This document shows, one piece after another, positions 12,528-27,400 of a stretch of 64,000 bases of DNA. The notes under the pieces were generated by a model, which was given only the letters and a program-made list of their open reading frames with translations, ran no database searches and was not told the DNA's origin. How positions within the stretch are numbered: position 1 is the first letter of the stretch; each line of letters starts with the position of its first letter. The stretch is from the NCBI RefSeq assembly GCF_902713615.1, contig NC_052158.1, forward strand, positions 17,914,546 through 17,978,545, read 5' to 3'. The position numbers were made by a program, and so were the translations under genes. Origin of the DNA: Scyliorhinus canicula. Taxonomy: Eukaryota.

Positions 12528-12855
12528 TGAGTTACAGACGCATCTAATTGAGGGGTTCAGCTGGTTTATATATAGAATAATGGGTACCTGGGAGTGAGTT
12601 ACAGACTGGAATCTAATCGAGGGGTTCAGATGGTTTATATATAGAATAATGGATACCTGGGAATGAGTTTCAGACTGGAATCTAATCGAGGGGTTCAGAT
12701 GGTTTATATATAGAATAACGGATACCTGGGAGTGAGTTACAGACTGGAATCTAATCCAGGGGTTCAGATGGTTTATATATAGAATAATGGATACCTGGGA
12801 GTGAGTTACAGACTGGAATCTCATCGAGGGGTTCAGATGGTTTATATATAGAATA

Positions 12856-13168
12856 GCAAGCAGCACGGAAAAACAGTGGTTAGCCCTGTTGCTGCACAGT
12901 TCCAGGGTCCCAGGTGCGATTCCCTGCTTGGGCCACTGTCTGTGTGGAGTCTGCACGTTCTCCCTGTGTCTGCGTGGATTTCCTCCGGGTGCTCCGGTTT
13001 CCTCCCACAAGTCCCGAAAGATGTCCTGTTAGGTAATTTGGACATTCTGAACTCTTCCTCTGTGTACCCGAACAGGCGCCGGAATGTGGCGACTAGGGGC
13101 TTTGGTAACTTCATTGCAGTGTTAATGTAAGCGGACTTGTGACAATAATAAATATTATTGTTATTATA
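12856..13168 (+). mobile_element. V-SINE with a different (ATT)n tail; paralogous at about 30768-31084 and 55838-56120
   Basis: tRNA-like head, V-domain, tail GTGTTAATGTAAGC..CTTGTGACAATAATAAA(ATT)n. Confidence 0.8.
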
Positions 13169-13239
13169 TTTATGGCCTCACTCAATCCCATCTCCAACCG
13201 AAAGGCAGCTGACAGTGCAAGTGGTCATTCACAGTACTG

Positions 13240-13254
13240 CCAGTAGATGGCGGC
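13240..13254 (+). promoter_or_regulatory. CTCF-like motif, spacer 1
   Basis: CCAGTAGATGGCGGC matches the CCASYAGRKGGCRS core. Confidence 0.6.
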
Positions 13255-14374
13255 GCTGTTCCATGTAAAGCCCTTCCAGCCAACATGGGGAAAGTGTGGG
13301 TCAGGATGAGAGAGATCAAGGGGGGGATTTCGGGAAGCGCTTCTTCACACAAAGGTTATAAAACAAAGGTGAGTAAATGTGGTTCAGATACAGACCAGCT
13401 GTGAGCAAACTGAATGGTGGATCAGCCTGGAGGCACTCGATACCCATCACCTTTTGTAAAATTATCCATTTTGACATGGGGATCTCAGGATATTTTTAAA
13501 AGCTGAGAGACTTGTAAATATTGGGAGACGGAAGGATTTGTGTATCCATGAAGTAGAAATTTTTTTAAAATGTATTTTATTCCAAATAAATTCAATAATA
13601 CAACAACAAGCAACCTGGGGAACATTCCCTCCAGCACACAATGTGACAATCTGTGCAAATGTTTCCATTTTACACATTCCACCCCCCTCGTGATGAACAA
13701 TTCCTCAAACGTGGCCACAGACGATCCCCACCGTTTGGGGATCAGAATCCCCTCCGATATGGGAGTCACTGAGAAATCCAATAGGGAATTCAGGAGAAAC
13801 ATCTTTACCCAGAGCGGGATTAGAATGAGGAGGTCACTGCCGTTCACTGGGAACAGGGCAGGGGACTGGGGTAAAATAGAGGGAGTGTGTCCTTGCCACC
13901 AGTTCAGTGCTGGACTCACTCTGACTGGGTTTGGGGATGGATACGAGGCCCTTGTTTCAGGTGAAGCAACATTTTAAAGTCTGGGCTCGATGGCAGCATT
14001 TACACTCACAGTGACTCCCAGTGGGAGTCAATGGAAAGGGATATTGTCCAGAGTGTTCAACAAGAGGCTGATTCACTGTCTCCCATTGAGTGCTGCCACC
14101 CCAGTCGAATATCCTATTAATGAGCATCACTGTCTCAGTAACATGTCTTGTGAGATGATCACAAACTGTGGGTGAGGCAACAGCAGAATCAGCTTCACGA
14201 TTTGTTCAAACTAACAGAAGATTAACAAGTGGATGGAGCAGGAGGTGAACAGGAATTTAAAGATGTTATTGGGCAGTCGATATCCCAGCTCCTCATGTGT
14301 AAATGTGATCGAGTGACTGACAGAGCCTGTCCCTTCATCACTCTCCAGTAAATGGAAGCTCTGCACAGCTAGGG

Positions 14375-14500
14375 TGCGTGTGTGTGTCAGGGTCTGTGTT
14401 TGTGTGTGTGTGCGTGAGGGTGTGTGTGTGTCAGGGTCTGTGTTTGCATGTGTGAGGGTGTGTGTGTGTCAGGGTCTTGGTCTGTGTGTCTGTGAGGGTC
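14375..14500. repeat. (GT)n / TGTGTCAGGGTC low-complexity tract; paralogous at about 32300, 43315, 57840
   Basis: Directly visible; length varies among units. Confidence 0.8.
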
Positions 14501-15347
14501 TCTGACTGGGACTGGAGACCCCCCTGAGGACAGTTTCCAGCACAAACACTTTGATTCAGTCAGAGGCAACAACAAGTTACATTTATATAGCACCTTCAAT
14601 GCAGGAAAACAGCCAAAGGGACTCGACAGCAGCGTCAATCAGACAACAATATTTGAGACTGAATCTGTTCTTCGAGACGCTTCTCCCCAAAGGCAGAGAA
14701 TGTGCAGCATCTGAGAAATGAGCAGCTCCAACACACCATTGTTCCTGTTCACTCCAGTTACAGAAACTCTGCACCAACTTTCCATCTTCCTGTCCAGAAG
14801 CTGATCAGAGAGGTTCCGGCAGGATTGAGGGGGGAAAAGATGGGACCGGATTTGGGAGGGAGAGAGACTCTCCAGGAATTTGGAGAACAAGGGGGAGGTA
14901 GGAGATGGGGGTGGACATTTTCAAAAAGATGTTTTTTGTGAGAATGAGGGTCAGATGGTGACAGGGCGGAGAGAGGATAAGGAGGGGCTCAGGGATCAAA
15001 TGGATTTGGAAAGGAATTGGGGGGAGGGTGAGGAGAGAAAGTAGAGAAAGATGTGGGGGTGAAGGGGGGATGTTTGGTCAGTGGGTTGGGGGGCAGGAGG
15101 TTAGTAACAGAAACAGCTGTAAGGATGGTCTGGATTGTAACTAAGAAAGCCATTGCTGAGTTCCTCACACGGGGGAGTTGAGGGAGGTAGGGAAAGGGGA
15201 GAGAGAGTTTTCAAGGGGTGGGTTTGTAGAGAGAGAAGAGAAATACTGTTATAAATCTGACTTTATAAAAGTGAGAAAGCCTCCAGACACAATAAAGGGG
15301 TCAGTTTGATTTAATTCCAAAGTTCCTGACACTGAGCGTGTCACCGA

Positions 15348-15402
15348 TCACGTGAAGTGAAATCCAGGAAGTGCAGAGCTGAACAGGAATTGAAAGTGAA
15401 AG
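15348..15402 (+). promoter_or_regulatory. Proximal promoter, copy 2 (E-box/ETS/ISRE)
   Basis: GAAAGTGAAA at 15392-15401; same module as copy 1. Confidence 0.7.
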
Positions 15403-15442
15403 AGCTGGAACAGGGAAGGAGAGAGAGACTCTGAGCACTGAG

Positions 15443-18400
15443 ATGGCATCTCCAGATCTCACACAGGAACTAACCTGTCCCATCTGTCTGGAGATATTCA
15501 CCCACCCGGTGTTTCTGGAATGTGGACATCATTTCTGCAGCTCCTGCATCTCCCAGAGTTGGCAGAAGGTCCCGGGAGATGTTTCCTGCCCCCAGTGTCG
15601 ACAGGTCTTCACCCAGAGGAACGTCAGGCCCGCTCGGACCCTCATTAACATCGTGGAGAAGTTCAGAGAGGTGAAGGTGACACAGCCACAGGAGGAGTTT
15701 TACTGTCAGGAACACGAGGAGAAGCTGAAACTCTTCTGTGAAGATGAACACAAAGCGATCTGTGTGGTGTGTGGGATGTCCAGAGCTCATAAGACGCACA
15801 GTGTGATCCCAATAAAGGAGGCAGCCCAGATATACAAGGTACTGGATCACTGCTCCTGGCACAGGTAGATGGGGAAGAGGGACAGGGTGGAAGTCACAGA
15901 GAGAGAGAGTGTTTGTAGAATGTGGGGAGGGGAAGAGAGGGCAGGAGAGACAGGGATAGGGAAGGGGAGAGGGATGTTGAAAGAGGAGAGGGTTGGAGCG
16001 AGTAGAGGATTGATTGAGGAGGGGAATTAACCTGGAGGAGGATAATTGCAATAAACAGAATTAACCCACAGCTTCTACTTTGTTTATTGAGTGTAATCAA
16101 TCCTGAGAATATCTCCTTCTCTACCTCACTGGCCTCACTCTATTTAAACACAGCAAACCCCTCCAGAAGGTGACAATGATTGTTTCCTTTGACAAACCCA
16201 TTTGTGTCCTTTCTGTCTCAGAACAAGTTAGAAACATCATTGGAAACTCTGCAGAAGCAAATGGACCTCAGTCTTCACAGAAAAAGAGAACGAGAGGATG
16301 GGATTTCCCACATGAAGGTAGGAGAGTGTCCTTTAGGCTCTGTGTAAACATCCCTGTGTTTGTTATTGAGAGTGAGTGAGCCCCTCACACAGACAGAGAG
16401 AGTTTTACTGAATAAAATGCTGCTGCTCCAAAGTACACTGCGGGCTGCTCCCTGAACTGCAATATAAGGGACCGTCTGTAAATTGCAGATTATTATAACA
16501 GTGTTTAAATGTCTTACTTTCTCTCTCAAGCCAATCCCATCGATTGTTGAAATAAATCATGTCGGTAACTCACTCCCGGGGATCCATTATTCTATATATG
16601 AACCATCTGAACCCCTCGATTAGATTCCAGTCTGTAACTCACTTCCAGGAATCCATTATTCTATATATAAACCATCTCAACCCCTCGATTAGATTCTAGT
16701 CTGTAACTCACTCCCAGGTATCCATTATTCTATATATAAACCATCTGAACCCCTCAATTAGATTCCAGTCTGTAACTCACTCCCAGATATCCATTATTCT
16801 ATTTATAAACCATCTGAACCCCTCGATTAGATTCCAGTCTGTAACTCACTCCCTGGTATCCATTATTCCATATATAAACCATCTGAACCCCTCGATTAGA
16901 TTCCAGTCTGTAACTCACTCCCAGGTCTCCATTATTCTATATATAAACCATCTGAACCCCTCAATTAGATTCCAGTCTGTAACTCAGTCCCAGGAATCCA
17001 TTATTCTATATATAAACCATCTGAACCCCTCAATTAGGTTCCAGTCTATAACTCACTCCCAGGTATCCATTATTCCATATGTAAACCATCTGAATTCCAC
17101 AATTAGATTCCACTCAGTGACTCAGCCCTTGATGTCTATTATTTCATAATTAACCACTGGAATCACTTTACAATGTTTGTTTGTAACTCACTCCCACATA
17201 GCCAATATCCCATCAAACTGTTCAGCCGGCAGTGAACTGTTATTGTTTGTTATCCTTGCTGGATATAAATTTTTATCCCTATATCCCAGTGGACAGAGAC
17301 CAGGGACACTGGGATTATAAACGTTGTTTATTCCATTCTGTATTCAATCTGTTCCAGGCTGAAGTTGACAGACTGAGAAATGAAATCAACAGTGAATTTG
17401 AAAAGATGCACAAGTTCCTGTTTGAGAAGGAGGAGCTGATGAAAGCAAAGTTGGAGAGAAAAAGCAATAAAGTATTCGAGGACATGGAGAACAATTTAAC
17501 CAAAACCATGGATGAAATGTCTTCTCTTGAAGCAGCAATAAGAGATCTTAAATCGAGGCTGGAGGTACAACTGGCCCCAGAGTTCCTCAAGGTACAAAAT
17601 CTCTTTGTCTTGTCCAGTGAAACATTCCAGAGACTGAGGGCGGGCACTCTGACCTTTAACCTCTGGGTTTGGATTAGGCCTCAGTCTGATTGGTTGGATG
17701 ATTGTCTCTTTCTGCTGTCAGTCAGGGTCCAATGGGAAATGAGGTGAGATAATCTCAGTGTGATTCCTATACACAGCGTAACCACGACACTGATTGATGA
17801 TTGGACTCCGAGAGAGCTGGGCTGGGAACTGGAGATGTTTACTCTGCTGCAGATAGAGTTCTACTGAGATCTGCTGAGGACGGGTTAAAGTGCATTATTG
17901 CAGGGGTGATGGAGATATGGTTAGAGAGATAAGAATGGGAGCGGGTGAGGGTAGAACACCCAGCTGGACAACAGTGGAGAGGCGATGGAGGAGGATGGCG
18001 TGATCGACCGTGTCAAAGGCTGCAGACAGATCGGGAAAAATGAGGAGGGAAAGTTTGTAATGATGGATTTTTTGGGGAGAGGGGTGAAGATGTAGATTTA
18101 AATGAGAGAGAGAGACAACACCTGAAGAGATGAAACAGTTTACAATCCCAGCTAACATGGGGACCAGGAGGGGTGGTTGGGAGATCAGTAGTTTTGGGAA
18201 TTGGATGGAGGGGACAGGAGGTGGGTCTCATGGACAAGATGAGCCCCGAGAGGGAATGAAAGGAAAAAGTAAAAGTTATTTTCTAATTGAAATCTTGGTC
18301 TCTCAATTTTTACTCGAGATTTACAACAAGAACTCTTTAATCTGACTCGATCATATCTATTCTGTTTCTTTCCCCTCAGGATATTCAAGAGCTGTTGATG

Positions 18401-21400
18401 AGGTAAGCAGATATAAAGAAACAGTTTTGTGATGTGATCACTGCTGTCTCTCTAACACACACTGATTTCCAGACCTGTTTTTACAGGAGTCAGATGGAGT
18501 TTCACAAGCCTGGAACTGTCTCCACTCAGTTACCTGTAGCTATCGCCGGTGAACCATTCAAATATATCAAAGTGTGGAGGGAAATGAGAGCAGTGATTTC
18601 ACCAGGTATCATTCTCTGTATATTACTGTCTGTCTGCCATTATCCACTTGATTAATGAGGTTTGACACACTGATGAAATGATCAGAAGATCAGAAGGAAT
18701 AAGAACAGGAGTTGTCCAGCCAATTGAACCTGCTCTGATTTTGATAAGATCATGTCTGATCTGATTGGGGCCTTTACTCCACTTTCCTGCCTGCCCTAGA
18801 TGACCCTTAACCCCTTGTTGATCAACAATCTATGGAATTCGGTCATGAATCAATGACCCAGCCTCTGCTGCTCTCTGTGGTAGAGAAGTCCAAAGACTAA
18901 TATCCCTCTCCGAGAAGGAATTCCTCCTCATCTCTGTCTTCAATAGAGGCCCCTTCATTTGATGCTGTGTCACCTACACCTCGATTGGCCCAGAGATCAA
19001 ACATCCTCCCAGCATCTACCCTGGTGAAGGAATCCCCTCATAATGTTATGTTTCAATAAGACAACCTCTTAGTCTTCTAAACTCCAGTGAGTACAGACCA
19101 ACCAGCTCAACCTTTCCCCATAAGGCAATCCCTTCATCCCAGGAATCAGCCCAGTGAACCTTCTCTGAACTCTGTCCAATGAGAATCTCTCCCTCCTGAT
19201 GTATGGAGATCAGATCTGAACACAGTACTCAAGCTGCAGTCTCACCAATCCCCTGTAAAGTTGGAGCAAGTCTTCCCTACTTTACACTCCATCCCTTCTC
19301 CAATAAAGGCCAACATTCCATTTGTTTCCTCATTCCTTGCTGCACCTGGACACTAGCTTTTAGTGATTGATGTACAAGGTCCCCCAGATCCCTCTGTACT
19401 GCAGCATTCTGCTGTCTCTTTCTATTGAAATAATTTGCTGCTTTTCTATTCTTCCTGCCAAGGTGGACAACCTCCCATTTTCCCACATTATACTCCATCT
19501 GCTAAATCTTTGTCCACTCATTTAACCGGTCTATATCCCTCCGCAGACACTTTGTATCCACCTCACAACTTCCCGAACTCACTTTGTGGCATCAGAAAAT
19601 TTAGCTTCTGTACATTGGGTTTCTTCATCAAATCAGGAATATTGATCATAAATAGATGTATCCCCATCACTAATCAGTAATCTCGGGAATTTGGAAACAT
19701 CACAACCAATGCATCCACTTTCTCTCCAGCCCCTCCTTTAAAATCCTGGGATGCAGGACATCAGGTCCAGGGGACAAGTTGTCTTTAATTTCATTGGTTT
19801 TCCAGACACTTTTTCTCTCGTGATCATGATTTTTTTAAGTTTATCCCTCCCTTTCCCTTCCTGCTTTTCCCCAACACTGGATGAACCCAGGTGTTGTTCT
19901 CTGTATATTGTTGGGTATTTTTCTCGCCCCAGGTTATAAGGAAACATTTATTTGATGATGTTTTGACATTTCTAAGGGACATTGCCAGACCTCAGCACAG
20001 AGCACCGATTGCCCCCCACATGCCCTGTTGCGAAGACTGATACTCTTCCCCTCACGCCGTACACCAGTCACCATGACTACATTCTGTCCCCTTCTGTGGC
20101 CAAGGACAGGAACTCCCAACTTAGGCAGACATCACCTTCTGTCTCTTCCTCAGCACTTTGCCTTGCTGTGAATGGAATTCAGTTCAGAGAAGTGTGAGGT
20201 TAATGTATTGGGAGAGTGAAGATATGACAAGGGAATAGACAATAAGTGGAAAGATAGTGAGAGTTGTGGAGGAACAGAGGGAGCTTTGAATTTATGTCCA
20301 CAGATTCAGGACAGGTGGATAAAGTGGTGAAGATAACACACCGGATATTTTCCTGACTGATCACGGAATAGAAAATAAGAGCAGAGAGGTAATGTAGGAA
20401 CTTTATTAAACACTAGTTAGTCTACAACTAGAGTACTTTATATCTTTCTGGTCAGTGTGCTGGAGAGGTTACCGAGGAGATTAATGAGGGTGTTGGATGG
20501 ATCAGAGAACTTGAGTTCTGAGTTATGATTGGATAGATTGGGATTGTTTTCTTTCGATCCGAGAAGGCTGAGGGGAGATTTAATTGATGTGTATAAAATT
20601 AGGAATGTCCTGAGTGGAAAGGAAGCCCTGAGTTCCATTATCTCGGGATCCATGATCAGGGAGAGTAGATACAGGGTAAGGGGGAGGAGAGTGAAAGGGG
20701 ATTATTTTCACTCAGGGCGTGGTCTGGATCTGGGAAAGGAAGATTGAGGCAGAAACACTCGTCACATTTATAAAGTAATCAGATCAACACTAAAGGTGCC
20801 GACAGGGTTACGGAGCAGGAACTGGAAACCGGGATTGGGCTGGAGAATTAATTTGCAGCCGAATCAGGTTGGTCTGGAATTCCCTTTTTCTGTGAATCCC
20901 AGAATGTTTACAAAACAGGAGGAAACCAATCGGCCCATTGCGTTCCTGGTAGCCCGTTGCAAGATCAACTCCCCAGGGCCGTTCCTTCACCTTTTCTCTG
21001 TAGCTCTGCAGATTATATAGATACATAGAAGCAGGAGGAGGCCTTTTGGCCCTTCAAGCCTGGTCCGCCATTCATCATGGTCATGGCTGATCATCCAACT
21101 CAATAGCCTAATCCTGCTTTCGCCCCATAGCCTTTATAACATTATCCCCAAGTGCCCTAGCCACCTTTTGAATATATTCAATGTTTTAGCATCAACTAGT
21201 TCCTGTGGTAATGAATTCCACAGGCTCAGCACTCTCTGGGTGAAGAACTGTCTCCTTGTATCTGTCCGAAATGGTTGATCCTGAATCTTCAGACTGTGAC
21301 CCTGGTTCTGGACACACCCATCATTGGTAACATCTTCCATCCATCTACCCTGTCTAGTCCTATTAGAATTTTATAAGTCTCCATGAGATCCCCCCCTCGT

Positions 21401-24400
21401 TCTAATGAATTCCAGCGAGGACAATCCCAACCTAGTCAATCTGTCCTCATATGACAGTCCCGCCATCCCTGGAATTAGTCTGGTAAACCTTCGCTGCACT
21501 CCCTCGAGAGCAAGAACATCCTTCCTCAGAGAAGGAGACCAAAACTGCACACAATACTCCAGGTGTGGCCTCACCAAGGCCCTGTATAATTGCAGCAACA
21601 CATCCCTGCTTCTATACTCGAAACCTCTCGCAATGGAGGCCAACATACCATTAGCCTTCTTTACAGCCTGCTGCAGTACATACTGACCTTCAGCGACTGG
21701 TACATAAGGACACCCAGGTCCTTCTGCACACTCCCCTCTCCCAATTTACAAGCATCCAGGTAGTAATCTGTCTTCCTGTTTTTGCTTCCAAAGTGAATAA
21801 CCTCGCACTTATCCAAATTATACTGCATCTGCCATTTTTTTGCCCACTCGCCCAACCTGTCCAGATCATGCTGTAGCATCCCTGAATCGTCGTCACAGTT
21901 CACAGTTTGAAGAATAAAGTGTTCGGCGCGAAATTGGAGCTGAGTCCACACTTGATCAACCATGATCTCATTGAAGGCGGAGCAGGCTCGAAGGGCCAGA
22001 TGGCCTACTCCTGCTCCGAGTTCTTATGTTATGTTCACCCTTCCACCCAATTTGATTCATCTGCAAACTTTGAGATGTTACATTTTGTTTCCTCATCCAA
22101 ATCATTCATATATATTGTGAATAGCTGGGGTCCCAGCACCGATCCTTGTGGTACCCCACTTGCTACTGCCTGGCAATTTGAAAAGGCCCCATTAATTTCT
22201 AGTCTTTGTTTCCTCTCTGCCAACCAGTTTTCTATCCACCTCAATACATTTCCCCCAACCCCATGCGCTGTAATTTTGCACAATAATCTCTTATACGGGA
22301 CTTTGTCAAACTTCTTCTGAAAGTCCAAATATACCACATCGACTGGCTCCCCCTTGTCAACTGTACTGGTTACATCTTCAAAGAATTCCAATAGATTTGT
22401 CAAGCATGATTTTCCCTTCATGAATCCATGCTGACTCTGACTGATCCTGCCATTGATTTTTCCTCATCAGTTAATGATTCAATTCCATTTGAAAGCTGTG
22501 ATTCACTCTGATTCCACCACAGTACATTCCTGACCCTAAACACTCGCTGTATGAAAAGGATTTCCCTCACGATAATGTGGCTTCTTTTGTCAATCAGTTT
22601 AAATTCTGTGTCCTCTGGTTCTCTTCTCTCAGGGGAACCACCTCAGCTTCTCCAATCTGTGTCCGTAACTGAAGTTCCTCCTCCCAGGAACCATTGTGGT
22701 GAATGTTTCCTGCACTCTCTCTAATGCCCTCACATCCTTCCTCAAGTGTATTGCCCAGAACAGAGTTAAGGATTAACCAGTGTTTTATACAGATGTAACT
22801 TTGTCACTCTATTCTGTGTTAATAAAGCCTAAGATGCTGCATTCCTATTAATCATCCTCTCAACTTGTCCTGTCACCGCTAATTAGAACAAAGAACAAAG
22901 AAAATTACAGCACAGGAACAGGCCCTTCGGCCCTCCCAGCCTGCGCCGATCCAGATCCTTTATCTAAACCTGTTACCTATTTTTCAAGGTCTACTTCTCT
23001 TTGTTCCCCACCTGTTCATATATCTGTCCAGATGCATCTTAAATGATGCTATCTTACCCGCCTCTACCACCTCCGCTGGCAAAGCATTCCAGGCACCCAC
23101 CACCCTCTGCGTAAAAAACCTTTTCCCCTCTCACCTTGAAATCGTGACCCCTTGTAATTGACACCCCCACTCTTGTAAAAAAGCTTGTTGCTATCCACCC
23201 TGTCCATACCTCTCATAATTTTGTAGACCTCAATCAGGTCTCCCCTCAACCTCCGTCTTTCCAAGGAAAACAATCCTAATCTACACAACCTTTCTTCATA
23301 GCTAGCACCCTCCATACCGGGCAACATCCTGGTGAACCTCCTCTGCACCCTCTCTAAAGCATCCACATCCTTCTGGTAATGTGGCGACCAAAACTGCAGG
23401 CAGTATTCCAAATGTGGCCTAACCAAAGTCCGATACAACTGTAACGTGACCTGCCGACTCTTGTACTCAATACCCCATCCGATGAAGGCAAGCATGCTGT
23501 ATGCCTTCTTGACTACTCTATCGACCTGCGTTGCCACCTTCAGGGTACAATGGACCTGAACTCCCAGATCTCTCTGTACATCAATTTTTCCCAGGACTCT
23601 TCCATTGACCATATAGTCTGCTCTTGAGTTAGATCTTCCAAAATGCATCATCTCGCATTTGCCTGGATTGAACTCCATCTGCCATTTCTCTGCCCAACTC
23701 TCCAATCTATCTGTATTTTGCTGTATTCTCTGATAGTCCGCCCCGCTATCTGCAACTCCACCAATCTTAGTATCATCTGCAAACTTGCTCATCAGACCAC
23801 TTATACCTCGTCCAGATCATTTATGTATATCACAAACAACAGGGTCTGAGCACGGATCCCTGTGGAACACCACTAGTCACCTTTCTCCATTTTGAGACAC
23901 TCCCTTCCACCACTACTCTCTGTCTCCTGTTGCCCAGCCTGGTCTTTATCCATCTAGCTAGTACACCCTGAACCGCATACAACTTCACTTTTCCCATCAA
24001 CCTGCCATGGGAAACTTTATCAAATGCTTTACTGAAGTCCATGTATGTGACATCTACAGCCCTTCCCTCATCAATTAACGTTGTCACTTCCTCAAAGAAT
24101 TCTATTAGGTTTGTAAGACATGACCTTCCCTGAACAAAACCATGCTGCCTATCACTGATAAGTCTATTTTCTTCCAAATGTGAATAGATCCTATCCCTCA
24201 GTATCTTCTCCAACAGTTTGCCTACCACTGACATCAAGCTCACAGGTCTATAATTCCCTGGATTATCCCTGCTACCCTTCTTAAACAAAGGGACAACATT
24301 AGCAATTCTCCAGTCCTCCGGGACCTCACCCGTGCTCAAGGACGCTGCAAAGATATCTGTTAAGGCCCCAGCTATTTCGTCCCTCGCTTCCCTCAGTAAC

Positions 24401-27400
24401 CTGGGATAGATTCCATCTGATCCTGGGGACTTGTCCAATTTAATGCCTTTTAGAATACCCAAAACCTCCCCCTTCCTTATGCCGACATGGCCTAGAGTAT
24501 TTAAACATCCATCCCTAGTCTCAACATCCATCATGTCCCTCTCCTTGGTGAATACCGATGCAAAGTACTCATTAAATTCTCACTCATTTCCTCTGACTCC
24601 ACGCATAAATTCCCTCTTTTGTCTTTGAGTGGGCCAATCCTTTCACTGGTTACCCTCTTGCTCCTTATATAAGAATAAAAGGCTTTGGGATTTTCCTTAA
24701 TCCTGATAGCCAAAGATATTTCATGACCCCTTTAGCCCTCTTTATTGCGCGTTTGAGATTTGTCCTACCTTCCCGATATTCCTCCAAAGCTTCATCAGTT
24801 TTGAGTCGCCTCGATCTTATGTATGCTTCCTTTTTCATCTTAGCTAGTCTCACAATTCCACCCGTCATCCATGGTTCCCTAATCTTGCCATTTCTATCTC
24901 TCATTTTCACAGGAACATGTCTGTCCTGCACTCTAATCAACCTTTCCTTAAAAGACTCCCACATTTCAAATGTGGATTTACCCTTAAACAGCTGCTCCCA
25001 ATCCACATTCCCGAGCTCCTGCCGAATTTTGTTATAGTTGGCCTTTCCCCAATTTAGCACTCTTCCTTTAGGACCACTCTCGTCTTTGTCCATGAGTATT
25101 CTAAAACTTATGGAATTGTGATCGCTATTCCCAAAGTAACCGTCGACTGAAACTTCAACCACCTGGCCGGGATCATTCCCCAATACCAGGTCCAGTATGG
25201 CCCCTTCCTGAATTGGACTATTTACATATTGCTCTAAAAATCTCTCCTGGATGCTCCTTACAAACTCTGCTCCATCTACGCCTCCAACACTACATGAGTC
25301 CCATTCAATGTTGGGGAAGTTAAAATCTCCCATCACAACCACACTATTGCTCCTACATTGTTCTATAATCTGTCTCCATATTTGTACCTCTACTTCACGC
25401 TCGCTTTTGGGAGGCCTATAGTAAAGTCCCAACAATGTTACTGCACCCTTCCTATTTCTTAGCTCCATACATATTGCCTCAGTGCTCGAATCCTCCATCG
25501 TGCCCTCCTTAATCACAGCTGTGATATCATCTCTGACCAGTAATGCAACTCCTCCCCGCCTTCTACCTCCCTCTCTATCCCTCCTGAAGCATCTATACCC
25601 TGGGATATTTAGTTGCGAGTCTTGCCCATCCCTCAACCAAGTCTCAGTAATACCAATAACATCATATTCCCAGGTACTAATCCAAGCCCTAAATTCATCT
25701 GCCTTACCTGCTACACTTCTCGCATTAAAACAAATGCACCTCAGACCACCTGTCCCTTTGCGATCATCACCTCTTCCCTGTCTACTCTTCCCCTTAGTCA
25801 CATTGAGTTTATTGTCTCGTACCTTACTGGCTTTAGTTGCTGCTTCTTTATTGACCTCTAACTTCCTAATCTGGTTCCCATCCCCCTGCCACATCAGTTT
25901 GTGAAATGATGTTCTGTATCAAGGTTTAGGTCATTAATCTACACCAGGAAGAGTCGGGGTGCGAACACTGACCCCTGTGAACACTAATGTATAATCTATG
26001 TCCAGTTTGACAACAACCAACAACTGTCATTCACCCCATTTCATATCCATGTTGCTACTGTCCTCGTTATTCTGTACATTTTCTAGGTTTCTGTCTGTTA
26101 GGGCCCATGTTGGCATGGAGACCAGGGAACATACAAGGAGATGAAAGAGCAAAACCGTGTATTGAGATAACTGAAGTAATTTCTCTGTCATTTGGATGGG
26201 AATTTTCTACTGGGATCACTCCTTCCGAGTGTGAATGGAATTCCCAGTGGGAATGTAGCTGTTGTCCGTGTTATCCCATCACTGAGTCAGAAAGCTGTAG
26301 ATTTTTGTCCCATTCCAGAATCTGGAGCAGGAAGTCCAGACTGACAATCCCAGCACAGTACTGAGGAAGTGCTGCAGTGTTGGAGGAGCCTCTTTCAGCT
26401 GAGACTTTACACCTCCTCAGCTGGAGAGCAATGATCCAGTGGCTGGAGTTTGAAAAGGAGGAGGAGAGATCACCCCCTTGTCCTGGCAGAGATCTCAGAG
26501 GGGGTGTAGGGCTGGAGGGGGAGAGCCCACCCCCTTGTCCTGACTGAGATCTCAGAGGGGGGGTGGAGGGCTGGAGTGGGAGAGATCACCCCCTTGTCCT
26601 GGCTGAGATCTCGGAGGGGGGTGTAGGGCTGGAGGAGGAGAGCCCACCCCCTTGTCCTGACTGAGATCTCAGAGGGGGGGTGGAGGGCTGGAGTGGGAGA
26701 GATCACCCCCTTATCCTGACTGAGATCTCAGAGGGGGGGTGGAGGGCTGGAGTGGGAGAGATCACCCCCTTATACTGACTGAGATCTCGGAGGGAGGTGT
26801 AGGGCTGGAGGGGGAGAGCCCACCCCCTTATCCTGACTGAGATCTCGGAGGGAGGTGTAGGACTGGAGGAGGTGACAGAGATGGAGTGTGGGCAGTGACA
26901 ATTTTAGGTTTGAGGCATTGCTGGGTTCAAAGCTGATGAGGATCAGTGAGCACTGGGGGGCCTGAAATTATCAACAGGGGACAACCAGTGTCAGATTCCA
27001 GTAGATTGAGTTCAGGGTGGTGACTGACTCCCTACAACTTGTCTTAACCGAGGTGTTGTACTGAAGAGAGATCTTTATTCTCAGTGAATTGATGCTGATC
27101 TGTGCTGAGTGAACGGAGCTGAGGGAATGGGGAGGAATTTCTTCAGACACTCTGTCCCTGAGCTACCACAGTTCCTGGGCTGAGGAAAGTGGTGATGTCC
27201 CATCACCGTCTGTACACGTCTCGTCATTCACTCCTGTTTTTCTCACAGTAACAGCTTCCCAATCATGTTCTCTTCCAGCTCCAGCATCTCTCACCCTGGA
27301 CCTGGAGACAGCAAGCGACGGACTCATCATTTCCCAGGATCTGACTAGTGTGAGGGCCGGAAATGAGCAGCAAGATCTCCCTGATCATGCGGGAAGATTT

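Noticed and set aside
13940-14175. Short ORF MAAFTLTV... repeated in each spacer, with an FQVKQHF stretch reminiscent of Penelope elements
   Set aside because: Too short to assign; its recurrence simply reflects the tandem duplication.
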